The notes below the pieces were generated by a model that had not been told where the DNA came from, did not search any database, and was given only the letters and a program-made list of their open reading frames with translations. A program made the translations under genes and the position numbers. A stretch of DNA of 63,385 bases, filler included, from Octopus bimaculoides (taxonomy: Eukaryota): assembly GCF_001194135.2 (NCBI RefSeq). It is 6 parts of 6 records of this genome, joined end to end, with 100 filler letters (N's around TTAATTAATTAA, not from the genome) between each part and the next. Parts side by side here need not be neighbours in the genome. Positions count along the whole stretch, not along the records: positions 34,597 to 48,094 come from NC_069008.1; positions 48,195 to 53,186 come from NC_068991.1; 4 more parts are not named here. One strand, written 5' to 3'. Positions 38,625 through 51,460 of the stretch are shown here, piece after piece. Position 1 is the first letter of the stretch, and every line of letters begins with the position of its first letter.

Positions 38625-39150
38625 GCATTGTGTCCTTGAGCAAGTCACTTCATTTCAGGTTGTTTCAGTTCCCCTCAACTGGCAGAAATGAGTTGGATCT
38701 GTATTTCAAAGGTCCAGCCTTATTTTCTTTATTTTCTTTACTGCCCACAAGGGGCTAAACACAGAGGGGACAAACAAGGACAGACAAAGAGATTAAGTCG
38801 ATTATATCACCTCCCAGTGCGTAACTGGTACTTAATTTATCGACCCTGAAAGGATGAAAGGCAAAGTCGACCTCGGCGGAATTTGAACTCAGAACGTAAC
38901 GGCAGACGAAATACCACTAAGCATTTCGCCCGGCGTGCTGACGCTTCTGTCAGCTCGCCGCCGCCGCCTGTATTTCAGAGGTCCAGCCTTGTCATATCCC
39001 GTGTCACACTGAATCTACCTGAGAACGACATTAAGAGTACGTGTGTCTGTGGAGTACTCAGCCACTTGAACGTTTATTTCACGAACAGGCTGTTCTGTTG
39101 ATTGGATCAACAAGAGCACTCATCATCGCAACCGACGGAATGCCACCATC
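38625..39150 (+). mobile_element. Family C-related SINE interrupted by a family A2 insertion
   Basis: TGTGTCCTTGAGCAAGTCACTTCATTTCAGGTTG middle domain; sequence resumes after 38990. Confidence 0.65.
38722..38967 (-). mobile_element. Full-length SINE A2 with 23-bp target-site duplication
   Basis: CTGTATTTCA(A/G)AGGTCCAGCCTT at 38699-38721 and 38968-38990; tail (AAAGAAAAT)2. Confidence 0.9.
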
Positions 39151-39560
39151 ATCATAAACCGTTTTCTATTTTCTGTTTGTTTGTCAGATTTCGCTCTTCA
39201 TTATTGTAATAATAGTTGTATTTCACTCAGTTTCTCTCGCTGTTCGTTATTATTGTTGTTGTTGCCGTTGTTTATGAATCTCTCAAGAGAAGGCAAGAAA
39301 TGTCCAAAAACAAAAAGAAGTCCCCCCCCCCAAAAAAAGGAATTTCCTTTGAAGGTTCCGTTGTGTAATAATCCAAAGGAAGAGAGACATCCATTTTTAA
39401 AATCGGTAAAAAAAAAAATAATAAAGAAATCGGAAAGAATTGTAAAATTTTTCAGAATTTTACAGGAAGTACAAGAAAAGGATAACAGTGATGATGATTT
39501 GTTTGTCAGTTGATGAAGACAGCTTCAACGAATAATAATGATAATAATAATAATAATAAT

Positions 39561-40124
39561 TGATGCCCGGATGCAGTACCAGGCAGTGGCTCTCATGGCT
39601 TCTGATCTTAATTGATTGGAAGTGGTTATCAAGTACATTGTTTTGTCTTGGTATAAAAGATGGCCTACAACAAATATTCTGCTTAATACCACAGATGTGC
39701 TTGTCAGTTGTTTGACCTTTACCAGTTGAGCATGTCCCTTGGTGGCTGACGATATGTGCATCTCTGATCGTGAGCAGAAGTAGTGGGGGAGCATCATAGC
39801 CATGTGTTGAGAGGAATTCTTTGGGGTTTGAATAATTCACCTTTGGAAACATGGGTGTTTTGTTCAACATCCTTAAACAACCCTTATTAAGGAAACTTTT
39901 GAGTGGGATGGGCTACTCGACCTGAAGAAAATTCTAACTGGGCCCCACCTGCGAGGTCATGCGCTGTTTATCTTGATATGAGACCACTATGTCGCGCACG
40001 TATGGTTGTGATGCATGTGCTTGGTGTACCCTTATCAGACGGGTAGTCATGATGGGTGATATACTGGGTTTCATGTATTTTACCCAAGTGTCACTTTGAT
40101 GGCATGCATTGGCCTCTCACTCAC
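39561..40124. mobile_element. 564-bp non-coding interspersed element flanked by (AAT)n (family E)
   Basis: Sharp boundaries against (AAT)n on both sides, no ORF or tRNA head recognised; recalled as a common octopus repeat (unverified). Confidence 0.6.
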
Positions 40125-40166
40125 TAATAATAATAATAATAATAATAATAATGATGATGATGATGA

Positions 40167-40424
40167 TTTCTACTGTAGGCATCAGGCCTGAAATTCTGGG
40201 TTAGAGGGCAAGTCAATAATATCGACTCCGGTGTTTCAATGGTACTTAATTTATCGGCCCCCGAAAGGAGAAAAGCGGACTAGTCGATAGCATCGACCCC
40301 AGTGTTTCACTGGTATTTATTTTACCGACTCCGAAAGGATGAAAGACAAAGTCGTTTTCGGCGGGACTTGAACTCAGAAACACCGCCAAGCATTTCGCCT
40401 GGTGCCCTAACGATTCTGCCAGCT
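40167..40424 (-). mobile_element. SINE family A with internally duplicated body
   Basis: The ATCGAC..CAGTGTTTCA.TGGTA.TTA.TTTA.CG..CCGAAAGGA block occurs twice with divergence. Confidence 0.8.
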
Positions 40425-41241
40425 TGATGATGATGATAATAATAAGAAGAAGAAGAAGAAAAAGGAGGAGGAGGAGGAGGCGAAGAAGAAGGAGAAAGAG
40501 GGGGCGAAGAAGAACAACAACATCGAACAAACGACCAAGCACCTCGTGTGCTTTGCGAGAAGAGAAAGGAAACAAAATGTTTAAAGTGCGTTCAAAGCGA
40601 AAACTATAAAAAAAGAGAAGCAAAGAAGAAATTACGCGTGCGTTCTGCAAGTTTCTTTCTCGTTTGCCATGAAGCTATGACCGCCATTAAAAATGACGAT
40701 TCAAAGGAGAAGCAGACGATAGCAAATAAATAGATTTGTATCACGAATAATGAATGGATTTATGCATAAATTCGCTAAAGGTGTTTCATATGTATATAGG
40801 TAAGATATTAAGACTGGTGTGTGGAGTCCCTAGGAGTGATCTATAGGTGTTGGTAAGGCTTGGCTGGTGTCGGAGTTCGGGGCGATTAGCAGTGGTGGAG
40901 TTTATGGAGGTGAGCTGCCTGTGTGACTAGCTGAGAAAAACGTGTACGAGGGCATGTATATATTTATGTATGTGTATGTATGTTTGTATGTATGTTTGTG
41001 TCAATTTATATATGTACGTACATGTGTGCTTATGTATGTACATGGATGCCTATATGTATGAGTATAAAAATACGTGTATATGATCAGTTCCACTGAACAA
41101 CACTGCTCGTATGACAGTGACACTTGTTTACAATCACATAATGGCAAAGCACAAGCTTTTGCACAAACTCATGCATAACTGTGTGTGTGTATGTATTATT
41201 TTTTGTTAAGCCGACAAGTTACACAAAACGGAGAGGGACTA

Positions 41242-41439
41242 TTTTTATCTTTTTACTGGTTTCAGTCATTAGACTGCGGCCATGCTAGGGCATCGCCCTG
41301 AACAACTTTTAGTTGAATGTATCAACCCCACTACTTACTTTTCATAAGCCTGGTACTTATTCTATCAGTCTTTTTGCTGAACTGCTGTAAACACACTAGA
41401 ACCGGTTGTCCAGCGGTGGGTGGGTGTTGGACAAACACA

Positions 41440-41536
<97 letters not shown>

Positions 41537-41682
41537 TTATACGATGGTCTTCTTTCAGTTTACGTCTACCAAATCCACCCACAAGGCTTTGGTCGGCCCG
41601 AGGCTATAGTAGAAAACACTTGCCCAAGGTCTCATGCAGTAGGACTGAACCCGGAACCATGTAGTCGCGAAGCAATGCTTAA
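41242..41682 (-). mobile_element. SINE family B with long internal (CA)n
   Basis: Reverse complement of the reference copy; (AC)n at about 41440-41527. Confidence 0.85.
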
Positions 41683-42426
41683 TAATTCTAATGTAATCGC
41701 CTGAAGTCTCGTAATTGGTGTAGATATAAAGGAGATGTTGGAGTCTGGCACCCGTAAAGAACGGCCACGAAATTTTTACCCAGCTTGACTCGGCGCCATG
41801 ACGGTCCAACTATGAAAGCAATTTTGTTAAGATTTTCACTTCGCGTTTCTTGGAAAGTAACACCCATTTCCTCAATAACATGGTACTGAGGATGGTATGC
41901 GGTAACATTTTCATCAACTTGGATGGGTTATGAAAGAAATCTGTGAAATACCCCGCGTTAATCCCTTCAAACTTCCGTCAACGTGAACCCATGTTTAAAT
42001 CAAGGACAAGTGATATATGATTGGTGAGGCGGTAACGTCTGTTTTAACAAACTATTGTGTTTGTGTCTTCCTTCAACGGCTTAGCAGAAGCTAATGAATA
42101 TCATTGGGCGATGCCAGGCTGTCACGTGTTCTTTGAAAGGCCTCACTTTTCTCTGCGAATCTGATTTATAATGCTTCAGCAATTCTTCTGCTGCCAAACG
42201 TCCCTTCTCACATAAATTGCAATTAATGCGTTGCAATTAATAAATTACAATTAATGTGATTTACGCTTAGATGTCAGAAAGATTAAATTTATCAGAATGA
42301 TATTCAATGAGTCACTCCTTACGTTTGCTCGTCTGAAAGCTCAAAGTTTCAACAGCTATCAGCTTATAAACGTGTTTTCCTTTTCATGCTTCTTTTGTCC
42401 ATTTGTTATTGTTGCTCTTCTTCTTT

Positions 42427-42457
<31 letters not shown>

Positions 42458-42463
42458 GAGAAA

Positions 42464-42906
42464 GGCAGAGGGCTGGCAGAATCGTTAGCACGCCGGGTGA
42501 AATGCTAGGCAGTATTTCGTCTGGCGCTACGTTCTGAGTTCAAATTCCGCCATGGTCGACTTTGCCTTTCATCCTTTCGAGATCGATTAAATAAATACCA
42601 GTTAAGCACTGGGGTCGATGAGATCGACTCGCCCCCTCCCCCAAATTTCAGGCCTTGTGTCTATAGTAGAAAGGATTGTTGTCGTTGTTAGAAAGGCGGT
42701 GAGCTGGCAGAAACGTTAGAGCGCCGGGCGAAATGCTTAGCGGTATTTCGTCTGCCGCTACGTTCTGAGTTCAAATACCACCGAGGTCGACTTTGCTTTT
42801 CATCCTTTCGGGGTCAATAGAATTAGTCCCAGTTACGCACTGGGGTCGATGTAATCGACTTAATCCCTTCTCCCAAATTTGAGGCTTTGTGCTTCCAGTA
42901 GAAAGG
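42464..42906 (+). mobile_element. Two head-to-tail SINE family A copies (reference copies)
   Basis: 42464-42674 and 42695-42906; A-box-like GAGCTGGCAGAA, B-box GAGTTCAAAT.CC; (GTT)n upstream, (ATT)n downstream. Confidence 0.92.
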
Positions 42907-42954
<48 letters not shown>

Positions 42955-43141
42955 GCTTCGTAACACAGTGTAGGTAAAAGTGCATCGGAGTCTTTTGTCA
43001 TCTGTCAAGTCGGAACATGGACCTCAGACAGATAACCCGGGTGTGTTTATTTTTAATAGCCTACCAACGTATGCAGTGAGTTTCTCTGCCCTAAGTGTCA
43101 GGAAGACACTCGGCAAGAAATGGAAACAGAATTGAAAGAAG

Positions 43142-43172
<31 letters not shown>

Positions 43173-43260
43173 TAATAATAATAATAAATATCAAATAGAA
43201 AAAAACTAAGCATACATTTACACACACTTTCCCTGTATCTCTCTCTCCCTCTCTCTCTCC

Positions 43261-43344
<84 letters not shown>

Positions 43345-43454
43345 CTGCTATTCTCTAAATGAAACACAGTCGAGAAAGAGATTTGAAGCATTCAGTCAGC
43401 CGCTTATTTCCGTTTTCTTTTTCTGATACCTTATTTTATAAAGCGACATTTATC

Positions 43455-43487
<33 letters not shown>

Positions 43488-44119
43488 TTGGATGGGTGTT
43501 AAAATATTCCTTCTTAATCTTGCAATTACACTTCTTCGATCGATCGGCGATGTTTTAAATCTTTTCCTCAAACAATGGCGCACAAGCTTCTTCACTTTTC
43601 CTTTTCAAATATCCCTGAGACTTTTTACATATTTAAATATATTTTGCACATTCCACATTGTAACCGGAACAAAATGATAGAAAAAGGAAGATAAAAAGAA
43701 GCAAACAGATATTTAGTATTTACAGAAATATTAAAAGACGGTGAAAAAAAAAACCCCGAATTTCTTTATTTTGACTTTCTCGCCGGCCGCCATGTTTTCA
43801 ACTACGCTCTACGACATACTTTGCTGGAATATCTTATTGTATTTTTTAATATCTTTCTTTGGATAATGTCTTACGAACAGATAAATAGATGTCTAACAAT
43901 CCTACTTTCTCTCCAGATTTTGTTTCATTCAATGTTCTGTTTTATTTTCTATCTGTCTATGTGTGTCCGTATGCACGTATGCGGGTCCGTATCCATACCG
44001 GTGTGTTCCTTTTTGTCTTTGTATATAAGTACTTGCCTGCACATGTTTGTATATATGTTTGCATGTATGCATGTACGTATATATAATATAAGTATAGCTA
44101 TTTTACAGTCTATCTATCT

Positions 44120-44193
<74 letters not shown>

Positions 44194-44513
44194 NNNNNNN
44201 NNNNNNNNNNNNNNNNNNNNNNNNNNNNNNNNNNNNNNNNNNNNNNNNNNNNNNNNNNNNNNNNNNNNNNNNNNNNNNNNNNNNNNNNNNNNNNNNNNNN
44301 NNNNNNNNNNNNNNNNNNNNNNNNNNNNNNNNNNNNNNNNNNNNNNNNNNNNNNNNNNNNNNNNNNNNNNNNNNNNNNNNNNNNNNNNNNNNNNNNNNNN
44401 NNNNNNNNNNNNNNNNNNNNNNNNNNNNNNNNNNNNNNNNNNNNNNNNNNNNNNNNNNNNNNNNNNNNNNNNNNNNNNNNNNNNNNNNNNNNNNNNNNNN
44501 NNNNNNNNNNNNN

Positions 44514-44578
<65 letters not shown>

Positions 44579-46894
44579 ATTATAGCTTCACTAAATGCCC
44601 CAAATGAATAAGGACTATTTAGTGTTGGAATATCATAGATTCTGGTGTCGCATTGAAACGGATACTGAAACGAAATTCGGATTCAGTGACTTACTTTTTA
44701 GGAAAACTTATCGAGAACATGCGCCAGATCTTTGATGAAAATACTTTTCAGTTTTGCCAGATTAAAGTTGTTTTATAAAATTACCGAATATACTCAAATA
44801 ACTTTCGTATTTTCCGCGTGTATGTGTGTGTGTACATCCTCGTCTGTGCTAATGTGTATGTGCTAATGTGTATGTACGTATTTGTGTGTGTGTGTGTGTG
44901 TGTGTTGTATGTATATATAAATGTATATGGAAATTTATATATATAAATATATACGTTCATATATATTGTACATCTACCTCAGTCTATCTAGCTATCTATC
45001 TATAGCTATAGATGTGTGTGTATGTGTATGATGTACATATTTATACCTGTACATATATGTACGAATATGCGTGTATATATATGCATGTATATATGTATGC
45101 ATATCCATCTGAACGTATATATACATATACATGCATATATACATGCACACACACATACACACACACACATACACACACACATATAGTCAGAGATACACAC
45201 GCGTACCTACGTTGTAAATTTTATGCTTTCGTTTGAAGTTGATTCTTCAATCCCTCGTTACTCAAAGAGTCTCTAGTTATTCTCCAGGTGACGAAAAGAT
45301 GAAAAGCTGATAAATGCTACACACACACACACACATACACACATACACACACACACACACACACACAGACATACACACACATACATACATACACATACAT
45401 GCGTGTTTGCGCGCACACAGGCACACATAGACACTCAAGTATTCACGTGTGTAAACACATACGCAACTGCACACATTTACGCACACACAAGCAACTATAT
45501 AAATGATGGACATATATATNNNNNNNNNNNNNNNNNNNNNNNNNNNNNNNNNNNNNNNNNNNNNNNNNNNNNNNNNNNNNNNNNNNNNNNNNNNNNNNNN
45601 NNNNNNNNNNNNNNNNNNNNNNNNNNNNNNNNNNNNNNNNNNNNNNNNNNNNNNNNNNNNNNNNNNNNNNNNNNNNNNNNNNNNNNNNNNNNNNNNNNNN
45701 NNNNNNNNNNNNNNNNNNNNNNNNNNNNNNNNNNNNNNNNNNNNNNNNNNNNNNNNNNNNNNNNNNNNNNNNNNNNNNNNNNNNNNNNNNNNNNNNNNNN
45801 NNNNNNNNNNNNNNNNNNNNNNNNNNNNNNNNNNNNNNNNNNNNNNNNNNNNNNNNNNNNNNNNNNNNNNNNNNNNNNNNNNNNNNNNNNNNNNNNNNNN
45901 NNNNNNNNNNNNNNNNNNNNNNNNNNNNNNNNNNNNNNNNNNNNNNNNNNNNNNNNNNNNNNNNNNNNNNNNNNNNNNNNNNNNNNNNNNNNNNNNNNNN
46001 NNNNNNNNNNNNNNNNNNNNNNNNNNNNNNNNNNNNNNNNNNNNNNNNNNNNNNNNNNNNNNNNNNNNNNNNNNNNNNNNNNNNNNNNNNNNNNNNNNNN
46101 NNNNNNNNNNNAACACGGATTTTAACGATGGTTGCAGTACGCACGTTTCATGCTACTCCATTTATTTAAGTAATGCGAGCATTACATTAAATGCAATATG
46201 TAGAGCAATCTTCAGCTGCAGGAAAATGCAGAAAATCACAGTAGAATAGAGATATTATAATTGTGGCAACATTTCAAATCCAAGTGGGAGGAAGAATACA
46301 TGAAAATCCATCTTGACATAGCCAAGGCTATCAGGCTAGTAATTGGTTCTAGGCAAAAATTCTAACTGTCTCTGATTTTATTGTCTCTTATCTAGTAGTA
46401 ATAGTATAAGAGACAATCACTTCTAAGGAAACGGAAGGTGATTTTTTGATCACCTCGTTTTTGGAATGGTTTTTGTATAATACCATACTATACCATATTC
46501 TGGTGCCTAAACATAAGTACCATATTCAATTTTGAATCTAAATCTAAACCTATATATATATATATATATATATACACGCTTGTTTTCGTTCGGTTTCCTT
46601 GTACGCCCCCACTGTCTTCGAAAACTCATTTTTGTCGTTCGATATTCGAAATGAAGAGTAGATAGACAACCGAAAACTGATGAAGAGTCGTTCTTTGTGT
46701 TACTTGCCCTGTTTTCCATGTTTCTCTCGTTGTTTGCGTATTGGACTCAATTGTTTTCTTATTTCATGTTGTTTACTGTTGGTAACGTCCTGTACCCATA
46801 TAAGCATGTGTGCGTACACACACACACATATCTTTTTGATGCGACACTTTACTCTATACTGTTTATTCACCCATCGTTTTCTCCAGTCCCCCTC

Positions 46895-46974
<80 letters not shown>

Positions 46975-47115
46975 CATATTTTCTTCTTTATCTATGAATC
47001 TTCATAACTTCCTTTGGGAGTATGTGTGTGTGTGTGCAATGCGTGCGTGATCCATATACACTCACAGACACTGATATATACGTATGCATATACATACACA
47101 CTCACATATACATCC

Positions 47116-47149
<34 letters not shown>

Positions 47150-47320
47150 AGCTACATGTAAGTGCGTGTGTGTGTGTGTACGTGGGTATCTATGAGTGTG
47201 TGTGCATATACCTGTTTTCTCTCTCTCCCTCTCTCGCTCTCTCTCTCTCCCTATCTATCTATCTATCTCACTGTATGTCAGTCTGTCTTTCTGTCTATTT
47301 GTGTATCTATCTATCTACGT

Positions 47321-47367
<47 letters not shown>

Positions 47368-47809
47368 GAAAAGATCATTCAAACAGTAAATACAGATAAA
47401 TGTAATTAAAAGCAGAAANNNNNNNNNNAAATGGCGTATTTGAACTTTTAGTAGAATAGTCAAAAAATCATGTCGGTTGAGATGATAGTGGTGGTGGTGG
47501 CGGAGATGTGTACGGCACCGTTTAATACATTTTCCGTTATCTGTTCGATTTCACGAGTGGGCGGCGTGTGTGTGTGTGCGTACACATAAACATATACATA
47601 CATACATACACGCACACACACACACACACACACGCACATATATTTACATATATGTGTACATGTATGTATGAATATATATGTTTATAAACGTATTAATAAA
47701 CATTACTGCTCATGTAACTATACGCACTTACACACACACATCTGTGTGTGCACACACAAACACATACATACATACACACATACATACATATATGTGTGTG
47801 TGTGTGTGT

Positions 47810-48058
47810 GGAGGCGCGTGGCTTAGTGGTTAGGGTGTCAGCAGCATGGTCGTAGGGATTGTGGTTTCGATTCCTGGACTGGGCGACGCGTTGTGGTCTT
47901 GAGCAAAACACTTCATTTCACGTTGCTCCAGTCCACTCAGATGGCAAAAATGAGTAACGCTGCGATGGACTGGCGTCCCGTCCAGTTGGGGGGGAACACA
48001 TACGCCATTGAAACCAGGAAACCGGGCCCATGAGTCTGGCTAGACTTTAAAAGGGCGC
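47810..48058 (+). mobile_element. SINE family C
   Basis: Same head and tail as 34643-34948 but a different middle. Confidence 0.85.
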
Positions 48059-48063
48059 ATTTA

Positions 48064-48094
<31 letters not shown>

Positions 48095-48194
48095 NNNNNN
48101 NNNNNNNNNNNNNNNNNNNNNNNNNNNNNNNNNNNNNNTTAATTAATTAANNNNNNNNNNNNNNNNNNNNNNNNNNNNNNNNNNNNNNNNNNNN
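48095..48194. other. Artificial 100-bp scaffold gap with TTAATTAATTAA spacer
   Basis: 44 N + 12 + 44 N. Confidence 0.9.
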
Positions 48195-48748
48195 ATATAT
48201 TCAAAATGATAATAAAAACAAATTGGTAAAATCTTACAAGGCACTATAATTTCTATTTAAATACAATATTTACTGAATTCAAACGTATTTCATATCAGAA
48301 ATAATTACTTATTCATAAATGTTATCTTCTAATTTGGGCAGAATCGGTAGTTTCTATACATTTTGCAGCTACTTGGTTGGTTAGTTGACTTCTCCAATCA
48401 CAATTTACAAGATGGAGAGAGGGGGAGAGAGAGAGAGAGAGAGACAAACAGACAGACAGATAGGGGGAGAAAGAGAGTGAGAGATAGAGATAGAGAGAGA
48501 GAGACAGACTGAGCGATAGAGTGAGGGAAACACCCAAACACAGAGACAGAGTGGGGGGTGGAAGAAGGACAAAGAGAAAGGAGAGAGAGAGGGGGGAGGT
48601 AAAAGAGAGATACTGAGAGAGTTAATATAACGGGTGCAGAACGAGCATCTTATAACTTTGCGAAAAATACCCATTTAGATTTTCGGTGGAGTAGATTGTG
48701 ATTAGGTTGATAAAAATATAGAAAATAATAATATTTATTGAAAACAAA

Positions 48749-49180
48749 CAGGCGTGGGTGTGTGGTAAGAAGCTCGCTTCCAAACCACATGGCTCCGAGT
48801 TTAGTCCCACTGCATGGCACCTTGGGCAAGTGTCTTCTACCATAGGCCTGAGCCGAGCAAAGCATTCTAAGTAGATTTGGTAGATGGAAACTGAAAGAAG
48901 CCCGTTGTATATATATACGTGTGGGTGCGTGTGCGTATGTGTGTGTGCGTGTGCATGTGTCTATGTATGCGTGTGTGTTTGTTACTCAACACTGCTTGAC
49001 AACCGGTGTTGGTGTGTTTAACTCCCCGTAACATAGCGGTTCGGCAAAAGACACCGATAGAATAAAGTATCAGTCTTAAAAAATGGCAGTACTGGGGTCG
49101 ATTCATTCGACTAAAACTTCTTAAAGGTGGTGCCCCAGCAAGGCCGCAGTCTAATGACTGACAAGTAAAAGATAAAAGAT
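48749..49180 (+). mobile_element. Full-length SINE family B
   Basis: Head, core, internal (TG)n and tail all match the reference copy. Confidence 0.9.
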
Positions 49181-50519
49181 TTGATTTTAAGGCAACAAAT
49201 CGTAATCTTTTGAAAATTTGTAATCATTTCATCCTTTTGTATAAGTACAAAGAAATTTAATAAAAGTTAAATCATAATTATTGTATGTATGTCATATTTC
49301 CTGATATTATTCGTTATGGCAAAAGTAAATTTTCAAATATATCTGCTATATAACGGATAACACTCTAGTTATATAATAATAATTAAACCATTCTCTTCGA
49401 AGCTGGTTTCCTTGTCTCTTGGATCAATTGAAAATAAATACTAGTCATATACTGTAGCAACGCCCAACGAAATACCTGCGTTGTTCCAATGTAAGGAATC
49501 GTTTTGATGAAGACCATCAAGTTGATTCCATTGATATTTTGTGTAATATTGATTGAAGACATTAATGGAAATGTTTCATTCTTGTTTATTTTTTTTTTCG
49601 CTTTTTTCTTTTCTCTTTTATTCATTTAGATGCTGATATTCCACAACCTGGCAAGGACCCTGCAAGTTTGGCCCCAGAGCAAAATGGTAGTATAGTTATA
49701 TGTATAACACTCTTTCTATATGTACATGCTCTCATCACTGAACACATATAACTACTTTTAAGATTTTTCCTGTTTAATATTTTGTCAGCTTTTGACAAAA
49801 GTAAACTCTGTAAATATTAACAAAAAAAAAAAAAAAGCTAATAACAAAATATAATTGCACTTATAATAATATTAACCTCTACAGACGGATAATTTCGTTT
49901 ATTTCAAGTGAACAGAGGAAAGGCTTGAAATAAACCTGAAGATTAGTTGCAGGAAATACATATTCCTTGATATACTAACAAATAAATTGATAATACCACT
50001 TAATCAAATATCAAAGGAAGGCGACTTCCATTTTGGAGCATTATCTGTTAAATGGAAGTAGGGTACTATGTCTTCTTCCACTGAATTTTATAAAGTTTTC
50101 CATAAATTAATATCATTGTCCCGTGAAAGAAAGAAAATTCTGATAAAAATACACTTTCATATTCGAAGTAAAATGGCCAGCACAATATTCTATCGAGAAA
50201 AATCCGTCGTGTTTTTAGAGATGATTTTGAATCAACTAAAGTCCAGCCTGTTTACGTGCTTATGGACTTTTTGCACGAATGAACGCAATTGTTTCACCAA
50301 GTAATTTAATAAAATCTATTTTTTTGGGAAACGTTAATTTATTTGTTTGCTTTCACTAGAATTAAGGCTCGTAACCTAATCAAAATTACTAACTATATAG
50401 TAGATTTAGAATATAGATTTAAAAAAATTATATATGTAACTTATTTATCTTGGTCTAATAACACTTTTTCTGTTCTGAGTTTCACTTGTGGGTGCACAGG
50501 TATTTAGTACTCTGTTATT

Positions 50520-50661
50520 TTCGACAAGTTTACTCCCCTACTACGTGGTTCCGAGATCAGTCCCACTGCGCAGCACCTTGGACTAGTGTTTTCTACAATG
50601 GCAACCGATTGAAAAAAAGTTTGTGAGTGAATTTGGTGGCGGAAACTGAAAGAAGCCTGTC

Positions 50662-50713
<52 letters not shown>

Positions 50714-50889
50714 ATTTGTCCCCCACCACTGCTTAGCTGGTGTTTGTTTGTGTACGTCCCTGTGACATTGCTGCTCGGCAAAAAGAACGCGACTGGATTT
50801 TAAAAAATAAACACTGGGGTCGATTCGTCCGACTGAAACCATGCCGGTGCCCCAATATGGCCCCAGTCCAATAAGTGAAATAGGTAAAA
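50520..50889 (+). mobile_element. SINE family B, diverged
   Basis: CAGTCCCACTGCGCAGCACCTTGG...GGAAACTGAAAGAAGCCTGTCG, internal (TA)(TG)n. Confidence 0.8.
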
Positions 50890-51337
50890 TATATACACAC
50901 ATGCACGCGCGCAGTAAATAAATAAAGAGTTCAACGGCGACGCTTTAAGTTTCCTTTTTCTTTATGTTAAGCTTTCTCTCTCTGTTTTGTGAAAATCTCG
51001 TTAAAAATATCATTACCAATACTGCTACTAATAAACTACAACTTCTACTACTACTACCCCCGCCGCCAGCTACTGTAACAGCTACTGCTCTTGCAGATGA
51101 TAATGCTTGTAAAGTTATATTGGTGGATTGGAAGAAGCGTTAGTCCGTTGGAAAAATACTTTGCAGTATGTGATTAGCTCTATTATATTCTCGAGTTCAA
51201 ATCACTCTGAGATCAGCTCAATAAATTAAGGTCCAGTACTGTGGCTTATATAATTGTGTAACCCCTCCACATGTGTCAAATTTTGAAACCATTATTATTA
51301 CTATCATTAAGAAATCATTATTGTTATTAATGTTCAT

Positions 51338-51458
51338 TGTTCAAATTCCGCCGGGTTCGACTTTGCCTTACATCATTTCGCGGTCGATAAAATAAGTGAT
51401 CGACTTACCCTCTCCCCCGAATTAGCTGGCCTTGTGCAACAAATTGTATAGATATTAT
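51338..51458 (+). mobile_element. SINE family A partial
   Basis: GTTCAAATTCCGCCGGGTTCGACTTTGCC...GCTGGCCTTGTGC. Confidence 0.75.
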
Positions 51459-51460
51459 CC

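Noticed and set aside
41690-41925. About 75-codon open frame on the minus strand (VDENVTAYHPQ...LRDFRRLH)
   Set aside because: No recognisable homology and no matching in-frame splice sites; length is compatible with chance in GC-richer DNA.
46600-46700. CTGATGAAGAG hammerhead-like start
   Set aside because: Not followed by GAAA with a closable stem II.
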